DNA of 64,000 nucleotides, from positions 372,001-436,000 of the forward strand of contig JBEUKZ010000131.1 of NCBI GenBank assembly GCA_048128005.1. Reading direction: 5' to 3'. The position numbers and the translations under genes were made by a program. The DNA is from Veleropilina oligotropha (taxonomy: Eukaryota). The notes under the pieces are model-generated. The model was not told the DNA's origin, searched no databases, and saw nothing but the letters and a program-made list of their open reading frames with translations. Shown here piece after piece: positions 38,753 to 50,814 of this stretch (its first letter is position 1; each line of letters begins with the position of its first letter).

Positions 38753-39979
38753 TCTTTGATGACAAAATTGGATTATCTACATTGGATTCTATTTGGACTT
38801 TGATGGAGTAACTGACAGACATGTCACAGAAGGAATACCTCGTTGAAATCTGTATAGTTCCAAGCAGTAAGTAATGTAGGCTGTTGGCACAAATAAGAAT
38901 AAAACCCACGGAGTACTTAAGAATCCCCGATAGAAGGATTAGAAGACAGACTACAACTTCATCAGTCAGGCCTCTGTGTTGACATTCATTTGTCTCATGA
39001 ACGTGAAGTTTTCCGTCAACATCTGATATCTCTAATCCATCGATTTCAACTACTGGAAGCCATATAGTAGTGCATGAACATGAAGCATGCATGTTGTCGA
39101 TCAGAGATATGATGACGTTTTTGAGCACAGTTAAGACGCCCTATGCATGATGGTAGCATGACAAACACAATCCTTAGCGGTGTGTGATGCATCAACTGCA
39201 CAGATATCATTATTGTGACGTTATATTATCATTACTCTATGTAATCTTTTATTTCAACATACTGTATATTAATTTCTGTTGTTGGTGAAATTTAGATCAT
39301 TTATGAAACTATAATTGATTACGTGAATATATTTACTTGTAATAAGTCTTACGCTATTGCAAAAATTCTTCACTATTATTTGGTAAAACGTTTCGCTGCT
39401 CGTATTGTACACGTTTTATCCGTGAAACAAAAGGCTTCTTTTCAGTGTGATAAGAAGTGTTTTGTTAACATCGGTGGTCTTTGGATTGTGATCCTCATTG
39501 TCTCTTCAATTGCATCTTGAAAATACTGCATTTCCTAATTTTAATATATTTATAATTATGTAACATTTTGTTGTGCAAATGGAAATAAGGACTGCTGCAT
39601 TCTTCTTTATTCTGTGAAAACAGCTAAGATGGTAGGCAATGTAATGTCGAGAATTTGCTTCTAGCTGGGCCGCTATTCGTCCGCTTGCAATGTTCAGCAG
39701 TGCAGGTTCAACTGAATTTCATTGTTGGCTACAAAATATGAATTTTTCCGCCAACAATATTAGTACAAGGGTAATTAAAAATATAATGTATGTCAGTGAG
39801 AGTTCATAAAATTAATACTTTTCATTTTGATATAACATTTGCATAATTCCTCATAAGCACTCTGCTATGCTGCATTTTTTGCATGCCTACCGGTCATCAA
39901 CCTCATACGTGTTGCCTTGCGCGTGTGGTGTCCATTGCCCAACTCACAATCTCATTTGAATATTTTTTCTATCTAACAG

Positions 39980-40164
39980 AATTTGCCAAATCGGGATCCT
40001 CGTGGATTCGTGAGGCACAAATTGAGCCCACCATTTTCGTGTACCAGATTCAGAATATTGCTCGCTACGAGTACATATTCCGCGTGTATGCAGACAACCC
40101 TCTCAGTACCCTCTGGGACTCCATTGATCTTAGCTCTGTAGAGTCATTGCAAGGAAGATTTTAA
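39980..40164 (+). CDS. Candidate alternative terminal exon encoding a half-FN3-like peptide and a stop
   Basis: Acceptor tttttctatctaacAG; in phase 1 reads EFAKSGSSWIREAQIEPTIFVYQIQNIARYEYIFRVYADNPLSTLWDSIDLSSVESLQGRF*; exon-like GC content, T-rich downstream sequence, AATAAA at 40996. Confidence 0.7.
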
Positions 40165-40340
40165 TATAATTTATTAATTTATGACGCTTCTGTTAATTAC
40201 TGTTCTGTTAACTCTCTTATTTTTTCTAACTCGTTATTGTTACTTTATTAACCAGGCCAGTAATAATTATTATTTCTATACGCTTTAAATCTGTCTTTTG
40301 TCTAGAATTAATTTTCTTGTTCTTTAATGTTGTCAAGTTA

Positions 40341-40846
40341 TGGCATGGAACTTTTGTGCAAACAGTCCAAATATTTAATTACCACAGCAGTTTAAATCAG
40401 CAATATAAAATTTCAGATAGTGTCTCTTTCTAACTCACGTGATAACTTGACTTCTGATTTCAGCGAGCTGAGAATGTGGGTTGTACGCAATGTTACCCTT
40501 ATGAAGAACGCTTTTGCTTATAATTTGCGAGCACATTTCACGGCGATGCAACCCTCTTTGCTATTAATTCCAGTCTGCACATCTTTATTTGCACTTCTTT
40601 TATGTTAATTTGCAACAACAATCTACCCTTCATAGAATTTTACCTAATTTCGTAATATTGATGTCAAATTGAATATTTGATATGATATCAAAGAATTTCG
40701 CCAAAACAAATGTGCACCTCGATCACAAAATTCCCTGACAGATTAAGATCATTTTGTGAAGTGCACACTTGTTTTCCTTTTGAACATGTTACGAAATTAA
40801 GGTTAAATTGATGGCTTTTTGTGACCGTTGTGGAAGTTCCATGCCA
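40341..40846. mobile_element. MITE with 13-bp TIRs and TA flanks
   Basis: TA|TGGCATGGAACTT ... AAGTTCCATGCCA|TA. Confidence 0.7.
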
Positions 40847-41431
40847 TAGCTTTCTAACCAGTGTATTTTCTGTTATCTATTAAGCTAATACAACACTAAT
40901 GTACTAACTCTGTTGTTTCTTACTACATGCCTGGTCGTTGTTATTTCTAAACTTTGTACATCATCATTATTTGTATTTAGCTTGCTATTCTGACTAATAA
41001 ACAATCGCGTCTGTAGTAAGCTAACAAGTAATTGTTGTTTTGTCTCTAACACCATCTTATAATATAACTTAACATGCAAACTGTTCACACTTTCTGGAGT
41101 AAGATGAAAAAATGTTCTCATGTCCAGGGTGCATTATTTCTCTGCTGAATGGAAAATAGCAGATCGATGTCATATTTCTAGTCACATGACTTGGCAACTG
41201 TGAGTTTTTAATATGATGCCAATTTTTAGAGGAATGATATCAAATGAGGATCGAATGAGCAACAAGGGAGTGCAATGTGGCAACCATCGCAGGCGATCCT
41301 TCAGTCATCACATCAGACTCCAAATCCTGAGACCACACGATGCTAATCTAAGTGTTCTCTCTTCTTAACATTGGATACTACCTATTGGAAGTGAATGATG
41401 CCCTTCGTTGAATACTGGAATCGTGACTGCA

Positions 41432-43020
41432 GATGTATCCTGATTCAGTTTGCTATGAGGAGGTTCTATAAGATACCATACAAGACTCGATATCCTCATT
41501 CAGTCTGTTATGAGGTGGTTCTATGACGTATACCGTCCGAGACTGGACATCCTGATTCAGTCGGTAATGAGGGTGTTCTATGACATATACCGTACGAGAC
41601 TGGACATCCTGATTCAGTTGGTAATGAGGGGGTTCTATGACGTATACCATACGAGACTCTAAATCCTGATTCAGTCTGTTATGAGGGGTTCTTTGACATA
41701 TACCGTACGAGACTAGACATCCTGATTCAATCAGTAATGAATGGGTTCTATGACATATACCGTACCAGACTGGATATCCTCATTCAGTCGGTAATGAGGG
41801 GGTTCTATGTCATATACCGTACGAGACTTGATATCCTGATTCAGTCAGTTATTAGCCTGGGGTGCTATGACATATACCGTACCAGAGTCATGAGACTGGA
41901 TATCCTGATTCAGTCGGTAATGAGTGGATATCCTGATTCAGTCGGTAATGAGGGGGTTACTGTCCATGACATATACCGTACGAGATTTGATATCCTGGTT
42001 CAGTCGGTAATGAGGTTTCCATGACATATACCGTACAAGATTTGATATCCTGGTTCAGTCAGTAATGAGGTTTCTATGACATATACCGTACGAGACTTGA
42101 TATCCTGATTCAATCAGTAATGAAGGGGTTCCATGACATATACCGTACCAGACTGGATATCCTCATTCAGTCGGTAATGAGGGGGTTCTATGTCATATAC
42201 CGTACGAGACTTGATATCCTGGTTCAGTCAGTACCGGTAATGAGGTTTCTATGACATATACCGTACGAGACTTGATATCCTGATTCAGTCAGTAATGAGG
42301 GGGTTCTATGACATATACTGCAGACCTGTCAACTCTACCTGAATGTCAGGTAGACTACCTGATTGCGAGGTTGTCTACCTGACAGAATCAACAAAATCGT
42401 TAAATTTACCTAAATCAAACATATCACTGATTTGCAAAGTATAATTCTACATTCTAGTTAAAAATAAGCTCGCATCGTATATATACACTTTTTCATGTTT
42501 AATTATATCCGTATAATGCACAATATACATACTCATATTAGAGGTACACACAAACAAAAACAAAGTTTATTCCATGACTCGTATCGATAAAAGTAGAATA
42601 AACAATATATAATTTATTTCATATTTAATTATGTATACAATACATAATACACATAGCCACATTAAAAGTACACACAAACAATAACAATTTTTATTCCGAG
42701 ACATGTATCGTTATGTCGCGATAAAATATGACTTTCACGACAAAATCTACCTGACTCCCTAAATCAAATGTTGACAGGTATGTATACCGTACGAGATTGG
42801 ACATCCTGATTCAGTCTGTGATGAGGCGGTACTATGACATATACCATATAAGACTGGGCATCCTGATTCAGTTGGTAATGAGGGGGTTCTATGACATATA
42901 CCATACCCGACTGGATATCCTGATTCAATCGGTAATATGAGAGAGATCGTATTGGAGTATGACATACCGTACCAGACTGAATTAACCAGATTCAGTCGGT
43001 TAATTATGAGTCATCAAGTA
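41432..43020. repeat. ~56-bp minisatellite array (roughly 20 copies), interrupted by a MITE
   Basis: Unit approximately TATGACATATACCGTACGAGACTGGATATCCTGATTCAGTCGGTAATGAGGGGGTTC. Confidence 0.9.
42321..42782. mobile_element. TIR MITE inserted into the minisatellite
   Basis: TIRs CAGACCTGTCAAC / GTTGACAGGTATG (12 of 13 match); flanks TATACTG / TATACCG (7-bp TSD, 1 mismatch). Confidence 0.75.
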
Positions 43021-43489
43021 TGAAGTACCATATCAGACTGCATTATCATGGCTTTGCTGCTGGCTTGCAAAATTGTTCCCTTTATCGTAATGTGACACCA
43101 ACATCAGAACCTGTTGGAAAAGCTACATTTGAAGCCACTTTTGATGAGGTTTTTATGCACTGGATGTATGTATGTAAGTTCTGAATAGTTACCCTCGCCT
43201 CTGGAGGAAATGCGAGGGTATTGCAATTTAGGCTGCATATGTATGTATGTCAAGCCTTACCTATACATAAACAGATGTAAAATGCCTATTAGGATGCAAA
43301 GTTGCCATTAAGTTTGTGAACAGATCCTGTGTTAAATTATGTCTGTACAAAGCCAATACACAGCTAGAAAATATGATTCAAGTTAAATTCATTGACTATT
43401 AATTTATTTACCTATTCAATTTGGTCTGTCCGGTACGGTAGTGGAAAAGAGCTCCAAATTAAGATGCATGATTGCTCCGTTTATCAGGA

Positions 43490-43632
43490 GTGGGTGTGAG
43501 CACATTTTAATTAGTTGTCATAGTTGTCCATAACTGATCAGTGCTGGCAAGATTTCCCTGGGCGACCGCGTTTTCATTCCGCGATAATACAGACATGTCC
43601 TGATATGACCCTGAAGGGTGTTAAATGGGAAA
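43490..43632 (+). mobile_element. Partial SINE copy
   Basis: GTTGTCCATAACTG..TTTCCCTGGGCGACCGCGTTTTC..GCGATAATACAGACATGTCCTG. Confidence 0.6.
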
Positions 43633-44222
43633 ATTATGTAATCCATTCCTCAAATGTCGCTTTTCAAACATTATCGATCTGAAATGAGTCCCCTGAACGC
43701 ATGATTCCTGGTGAGTGATAAATCGACCTACTGTGGATTGGCGGCCATTATCAAATTAAAACTACTCAGCAGTTGAGAGTTGAAGACAACTTAATTACGT
43801 CTTTCATGAAATAATGACACAATTTGGAGCTTGTGATTTGCAAAATCATTTGGATAAATGGCATACACCATATTAATATGCAACTATAATTTGGTACTTC
43901 ATATGATGAACTGAGTAATTATAAAGAACTGTATTAATTTTCTGTCTTGAAAGACACATTCATTTTATTTTTGTGAGTTTCATGCAATTTGCAAAATGCA
44001 CTGATCATATGAAAATTTTTCTGAGGAACTTTCTAGGAAAACTGCTTCGCTAGCACATTATCTTTCGTCACAATATTATAAATCCATTTTCATGGAAATC
44101 ACTCGAGCCATGCCAGTAGCTCTGAAATAAGATTCAATTTTCAGCCATTTTGAAATTTGAATAATCATATGTAGTGAATGAGCTCTTTGACCTACCATGC
44201 TGAGGATCATTCCTTGCCAATA

Positions 44223-44864
44223 CTGTAAACCCCTATATTTTAGCAGCCATAAAATTTAGCGATTTCTCATATACCTGTATATCTTACCTCCAACAAGTTT
44301 CTACGATAGTGATTGGGTTAGACCCATCACGTGTCGACCGTGTATAATCCATATGGGGTTACTTCACCTTCGCTCTCGCCTGATATGAATTTTACTCACC
44401 CTCTATATACCATATTAGGTCACTAACGCACAATGTAACGAATATATCTTGCCTCCAACAAGTTTCCACGATAGTGATTGGGTTAGACCGATCACGTGTC
44501 GACCCTTTATAAATCCATATGGGGTTACTTCACCGCCATACAGGGTCGGTATAGAGTTATCGCCCCTGTGCTTTATACAAATCAATAAACAATATGGCGG
44601 CCAAAAAACGGTTCGCGCAGACGACACCACAGGAATGTGGCCGGTTTAGACAGGTTAAAGTGTAAAAAAAGGTTGTCGGTAAGATATATTCGTTACATGC
44701 AACTTATAATATTAGCCGCCTTGTAAATAAGCAAAGTTTAATCCATAATTAAGTTAATTTAGCTCTATTCCATAAAATATTTTGCGGCCTTTTATTTTCG
44801 CGATAATATTAGGTATGCGAAACTCACGAAAATAAAAGGCACGCTAAAATATAGGGTTTTACAG
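44223..44864. mobile_element. TA-flanked MITE (Tc1/mariner-type ends) containing a nested TIR element (44433-44698) and a ~90-bp partial duplicate of it
   Basis: TA|CTGTAAACCCCTATATTTTAGC ... GCTAAAATATAGGGTTTTACAG|TA; inner ATGTAACGAATATATCTT / AAGATATATTCGTTACAT; direct repeat 44280-44368 vs 44443-44533. Confidence 0.75.
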
Positions 44865-45264
44865 TATATTAAAAATAATCATCAGGATTGTTGGAATTGC
44901 ATAACAGCGAGGTATAAATCATGAAAGGTAATAATGGATGATTGAGTTTGTGATGACTTGGAGCACAAAGGTCATGCCAAATGTTAATGAAGATAATGAT
45001 GCTGTAGGCATAAAAGACAATTTAATATATGTTTACTGTTGTAAATTGTATTATCTGAGTAACTACGCAGAAATTGCACAGCAGGTAAGTCCACCACAGA
45101 CAGTAAATATTTGCAAAGTCATTGGCAGCACTTGGTTCTGTTAGCAGCAAATATAAAGAATCTTTCACAAACATCTCACATCATTTCACATCATTCTATT
45201 AGTATTAAAGGACTTTTAAACCTATCATCTCATGAAGTCTTAATGAAAGGAAAGAAAAGGATCG

Positions 45265-45518
45265 ATGCTTAATGTCCTGTATATTTTCAACCATCATTTG
45301 GCTCAGAGCAGGACATGTCCGTATTATCGCGGGAGGAAAGCCCGGTCGCCCGGGAAACCGCCCTCTCCGACCAGTTACGGACGACTGTGATTCATAGCTA
45401 GAATAAATGTGTGATGTTCCTGCCTATAGGTTTGAACCCACTACTGTTCGCGTCAGCGGAATCAAATCAGTGATTTTCGAAGTCTACAACTGATACCACA
45501 CGACTGTCGAAGCAACCA
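45265..45518 (-). mobile_element. Near full-length tRNA-derived SINE
   Basis: Reverse-complement match to 47695-47935; B-box GGGTTCAAAC on the minus strand. Confidence 0.75.
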
Positions 45519-46957
45519 TGAATGAAGTCTTAATATCTGAAAAAGATTCAAGACTTCTTTTAAAGAATTCCATCGTCCCAATACATAGTTAAGTGGCAAT
45601 TAATTGTTGTAAACACCTTCAAAAGTGAATATCAAACTGGGTGTGATGGACAGAATGGTGTAAATATGTAATAGATAATACACTGCCAGCCCGAACGTTA
45701 TAATTCACATAACTGGCCAAGTCAGAACGAGGCTGTTATATTATATATAATAAACATTAATCAAGCTACTTTGTAATTTGCATTATTATTCATCACTTTA
45801 AATTTAATAGCGATGTTTCTGATTGGCTGAAGGGCGCAGATTCGTCAGTCCGTAAAAACTGGTTATCATCCAGGTTTGAACTGTCCAATATGAGTAAAGA
45901 GAAGTTGTCCAGAAGGAAATCTACAAACTGCCAAACACAATTATCTCCCTTACATCGGTGCAGAAACCTTGTTTGACAAAAATCAATTTACGACCAAGAT
46001 GTTGTATCAATTAGATTAAAATACAAGGATCAAATCAATTGATATGGATATCGGAATATTGACAATTCATGTCTTCTCCGATATGGCTTTTTTCCACAAC
46101 TTGTGTACAAAAGAACCACATAATATTGTTTACAATGATGTATATATAATACCCTTATATTAATTTTAAAGGTTAATTTCAATTGTCCTATGCACAACTG
46201 AAATTTATAACATCTGTACAAACATCAAACAACTTATTATTATTAACCAGTATGCATTCTATAATTTTCACAAATCAAAATCATAAAAAATCTTACCACT
46301 GCATTAATGAATTAACCCTTACCTGCTTCAATTTACGTAATATTTAAAATGCCCCAGGTTATGGACATATGGCATTTTGTCCAATGTATCCATAACAAAC
46401 ATTTGATCAAATTAATACCTGCTTGTGAATATGCTACAATGGTGTTTCCCGAATATGATCATTATAATTTTATACGAAATCATTTTGTGGCAGTTGCAAA
46501 TGAAACTAAGCCTAAAATGAAATCGTACCGAAGAACGTATGCACTGAACAAATCTGCATCTTAACTATATTAGATTCATGTACAACAAAGCTAATGAATG
46601 TCCACAATAGTTCCTATTGTCAAGTTTCATACAAAATAAAATTATCCCCATTGTCCATATTTAAGTGGTTAGTATAATATATGGACATGATTGGTGTTAA
46701 TATAGTATATATTGCATCGCTCCAATTCAATCTTCAAAACTGCAATTGTGCCAAATAAAGTCTATTATTAAAATTTTATTGTGTAAAAATGAAATATTAA
46801 AAGTCATCATCAATAATGAGTCCAGTTTGGGCACTTCAACAACTTTGAAGTTTACTTTGTGCATTGATATTTTAAGAATGTGAATACATAATATGTGTGA
46901 GGAGTTAATTTTAACACAAACGCTCAAGATTACAAATCATAAAAGTTTGAGGAAAGA

Positions 46958-47336
46958 TGCACTAGTCCGAGGGTCACTAGTGCGGGGATTCACTAGATAA
47001 TTATGTAATATAATCAAGGCAGAGGCTTCAACTCTGAGCACTCGGTTCGCTTCCCTCACAGCTCTGCTCTTGCTCCGCAGCTGTCTTCTCCCACCTTCCG
47101 CACCACTCTGAGCTCCCATGGCTAATCAATATGGTGTATATTGTATAGCAATTAATGACATATATAATCGGACTAGTGGACTTGTGGACTAGTGGACCTT
47201 TGGGCTAGTGGACCTTGAACTAGTGAACCTTTGGACAAGTGGACCCTTGGACTAGTGAACCTTCGGATTAGTGGACCCATCGACTAGTGGACTCTCGCTC
47301 GGACTAGTGAACCTTCGGACAAGTGAGAGGTACCCC
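46958..47336. repeat. ~16-bp GGACTAGTG(G/A)ACC(T/C)TT tandem units (47169-47325) facing inverted copies (46958-46996); foldback-like element remnant
   Basis: About 10 direct units on the right, about 3 reverse-complement units (CACTAGTCCGAGGGT) on the left. Confidence 0.7.
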
Positions 47337-47694
47337 AAATTTTAAGGGGACAACAATTGCACACAGCACTAATTCACTTGATCATTCAAAGTTGATTGAC
47401 TCGATATATAACTGAAATACTGTTGGCATGGTTGTTAAACATCATCATCATCATGTGCAGAGTATGGTGTCACTCACTAATTAACCAACTCCTAAAATAT
47501 TTAGACAATGATATAAGAAATCATTCCGCAGTACACAACTGTGAAATAATTGAAATATGTAGTATGTTGAAAATAGTGATGACACCATCTTATGTCAATA
47601 TATGTCCTTATCACAGGTACTTCTGGAAATTTCGAAACACTGCACCCAACATGATTTAGAAATAGGCAAACTTAATGTCTGGTAATACCTATGT

Positions 47695-47935
47695 TTCGGC
47701 TGCTCCGACAGCCTTTTGGTTTCAGTTGCAGACTCTGAAATCACTGACGCGAACAGTAGTAGGATCGAATCTGGGTTGGGACATTGGCATTTCTTGTTCA
47801 GTTATGAATTTCAGTTGTCCGTAACTGGTCGGAGAGGGCGGCTTTCCCCTGGCGTCCAGGCTTTCCTCTCAAGATAATATGGACATGTCCTGCTTAGAAC
47901 CTGATGGTTGAAAATATACAGGACATTAAGCATTT
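47695..47935 (+). mobile_element. Near full-length tRNA-derived SINE
   Basis: tRNA-like head with GGATCGAATC B-box, central GTCCGTAACTGGTCGGAGAGGGCGG..TTTCC..GGCTTTCCTC block, tail GGACATGTCCTG...GGACATTAAGCAT. Confidence 0.75.
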
Positions 47936-48384
47936 ATCCAATGCAATCTAATACATATATTTCATGATATCCTGGTAGCAGAAGGGATTTTTACGCTCAT
48001 ATTTAGTATATGCTTATGTTTTGATTACATTATGGGGGTATTACATTACACAATCAAGTATTTTGCATTAATGGCTTATTTCCTAAGATAATATTTTGGA
48101 TCTACTGCGATGTTTTGACACTACATAATTAACAAACACCACAGTTCATAACTGGTGGGATGGCTTGGTAGTGTAGTGAATTATAGTGAGGATTTGCTAT
48201 CACCATAAATCGTATTATATTGGACATATAAAAACCAATGCAAGATTCGTCAAAACAGAACACCAGACTAGTATAATGTAACACACTCTTGAATTAATGA
48301 CTTGAAAGATTTGGCATATTACAATTACATTTGATAAAAATACTTCTTTGATGTTTCTATATTAAGTTTCCTTTTCATAAACAG

Positions 48385-48687
48385 AGCCCCCCTCATCGCC
48401 TGATGGCCTCTGCGTCAAGAATGTCGACAAGGAGTCGTTGACGCTGTGCTGGCAGCCTTCTGCTGACTCGAAACAGTCCCAGGTTCGAGCATACGTGGTG
48501 GAGGATCGCCTGGCAGACAGCAACACCTGGCGGCCGATAGTGCGAGTCCCCAGCCAGGAGAATCGCTACGATGTGGTAAACCTGATCAATGAACAGGCCT
48601 ACGTCTTCAGGGTGTTCGCGGAGAACTCCGCCGGGCTGAGTGAACCGGCCGTGCTCCATGCGCCCGTTCATGTGTGCGCAAAGAAAG
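48385..48687 (+). CDS. FN3 exon (divergent; DSKQSQ replaces DGGS)
   Basis: aacAG/ ... /GTatga; 303 nt, phase 1-1. Confidence 0.92.
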
Positions 48688-49469
48688 GTATGACGCATGG
48701 AGTGATATTCTAGTTGTTATTGTGTAGTAATAAGACTACATGCATTCTGTAAATTTCGCAAATATTTTGAAAGTATAATGATATAGAGTATTAGATAGAT
48801 ATATGTATACTAACTACTCTTGGATGATTTCAATGTTTTAACCGCTTTTATTTTTTCACTTTTTAAGTCTCCTCCATGCGTTTGGTGATGCGTTACTTGT
48901 TCAATTCCAAAAATAAAAAATTTTGTTTGAAATAAAACTAACAGCAAGTGTCAAATACGATAATTACACAACTCTCAAATGACAATTTTGGGCTTTAAAT
49001 ATTTGCATAAAACTGAAGTGACATGATTATTTTGTTTGAAATGAATGGCATAGTACATATTAGGTATTACACATTATTGTTATGTAAAAATTTATGTAAT
49101 TTAGATTTATTTTATGTAAATACTAATATATAGTGATTTTCTTATTGTTTTTATTTATGTGACTTGTATACTAATCCTTGTTTATTTATATTTTGTAGGA
49201 CTGTCTACCTCCCCTGCATGATCTGTAATTGTTTATTTTATTGTTTACTTTGTTTATTACTTCCTTAAGTTAGCTGTCTGTAAGTATTTATATCTTTTAC
49301 TTATTATATTTCTTACTATGTTTTGTTTAGTGTTATCTGTTTGATATTGTTTTGTGTTTCATGAAGTGGCAACATGTTATTTATTTGTTATGCATGCTAT
49401 TTATTGTACTGGTATGTGACATTAATATTGAACAAATTAAAAGTGTGTAACCCTATTTTTCTCCTTTAG

Positions 49470-49775
49470 ATAAACCATCGCCACCATCTGACGCCCCTGA
49501 GATCCTAGAAGTGGGACCCAACTTTGCTCTGTTGTCATGGAAACAGCCAGAGAATGATGGTGGATCCCCTGTCACAGGTTATTATCTAGAGCGACTTGAT
49601 GTCCGTGGTAAAACCTGGCTGCCAATCAACAAAGAACCAATCACGGATCAAGAGTTCCTTATCGAGGATCTCTACGACAACCAGGACTACGAGTTCCGTG
49701 TGCGAGCAGAGAACGATGTCGGACTGGGAGCGCCATCGCCCGCCACTGAGTCCATTGTCTGTAAAGGACGGCTAG
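49470..49775 (+). CDS. FN3 exon
   Basis: tttAG/ ... /GTaaga; 306 nt. Confidence 0.93.
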
Positions 49776-49824
49776 GTAAGATTCTCGTCTTTGCGTGTAG
49801 TTTTACCATTGTGATATATGTATA

Positions 49825-49950
49825 GGTTATACCACGAGGTTTGGTTGTCTACTCGGAAAAGCGTGCAGTTAATCAATGAGGCGCGAAGTGCCGACTTGAT
49901 TAACTGCACGAGCTTTTCCGATTAGATAACACAAACCAAGTGATATAACC
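49825..49950. repeat. Long imperfect hairpin element
   Basis: GGTTATA..CGGAAAAGC-GTGCAGTTAATCAA / TTGATTAACTGCAC-GAGCTTTTCCG..TATAACC; loop GAGGCGCGAAGTGCCGA. Confidence 0.75.
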
Positions 49951-50661
49951 GACTTAACCATTGCAAAAGTGTAAAATAATTTAAAATATGTGATTTTAAT
50001 AACCTAATACAGTACACCCATTTTTAGTGTAAAGAAAGTAGTCCCCCGTGGTCTAACTGACAATATGGCCAGTTAGACCACGGGCCAAGACAATAGAATG
50101 ACGTCATAAAAATGGTTTAACTTATTTTAGGTTATACAAAGTATTGAAAAACCTTTTTGTTGAGGAAACATTCGTATTTTTCATTATCAAATAAAAGGTT
50201 AAAAAACAATATTATTCCTCATTGACAAGATATCATTCAGTAAACTGCTTGTGTGTAGATAATTAGTGATGAAGTTGTCATTTGGAGATAGTTTAAAAGC
50301 ATCAGGTAATTAGGTATTAAGGACTAGATGTGTCATATTTAAAGGTCACATTACACCCCAAGAGACTGTTTAAATGTGACTGGCTGTGTTATGTATATAA
50401 AAAAATATGGAACCGATCAAGTTACTTAATTCAATTTAGGTTCTTGCAAATTACCGTTTAAATAATGTATCTTGTCAAGAAACATAGTATGTAAATCCTT
50501 GGTGGGCTAACATTGAAAAACAGATCCGAGTCGACAAATGATGTACGCTGGGTAAAAGCATTTCATTCTATTATCAAATTAGTATGAAAATTTGTCTTAT
50601 ATTTATACGCAAATTATAAAAGTAAATATGTTCTGTATTATCATGGTATTGCGTGTTTCAG

Positions 50662-50773
50662 TCATCGAGCCGCCTGTGTTTGTGTCGGAGTTCAGAGACC
50701 TTGCGGCAGAACATGGCGGTCAGGCGACATTTACCTGCGAAGTCAGCGGCTTCCCCACCCCCGAGATCAGATG
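50662..50773 (+). CDS. Ig I-set domain, N-terminal half (VIEPPVF...TCEVSGFPTPEIRW)
   Basis: ttcAG/ ... TG/GTgagt; phase 1-2. Confidence 0.92.
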
Positions 50774-50814
50774 GTGAGTTGATGAATCATGTTACCTATC
50801 TGGATAGGAGGAAT

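Noticed and set aside
38727..39128. 133-aa minus-strand ORF
   Set aside because: No recognisable domain or splice structure; it partly overlaps a 29-bp repeat.
41453..42965. Repetitive ORFs (YDIYRTRLDILIQSVM...)
   Set aside because: Translations of the ~56-bp minisatellite, with shifting frames and frequent stops.
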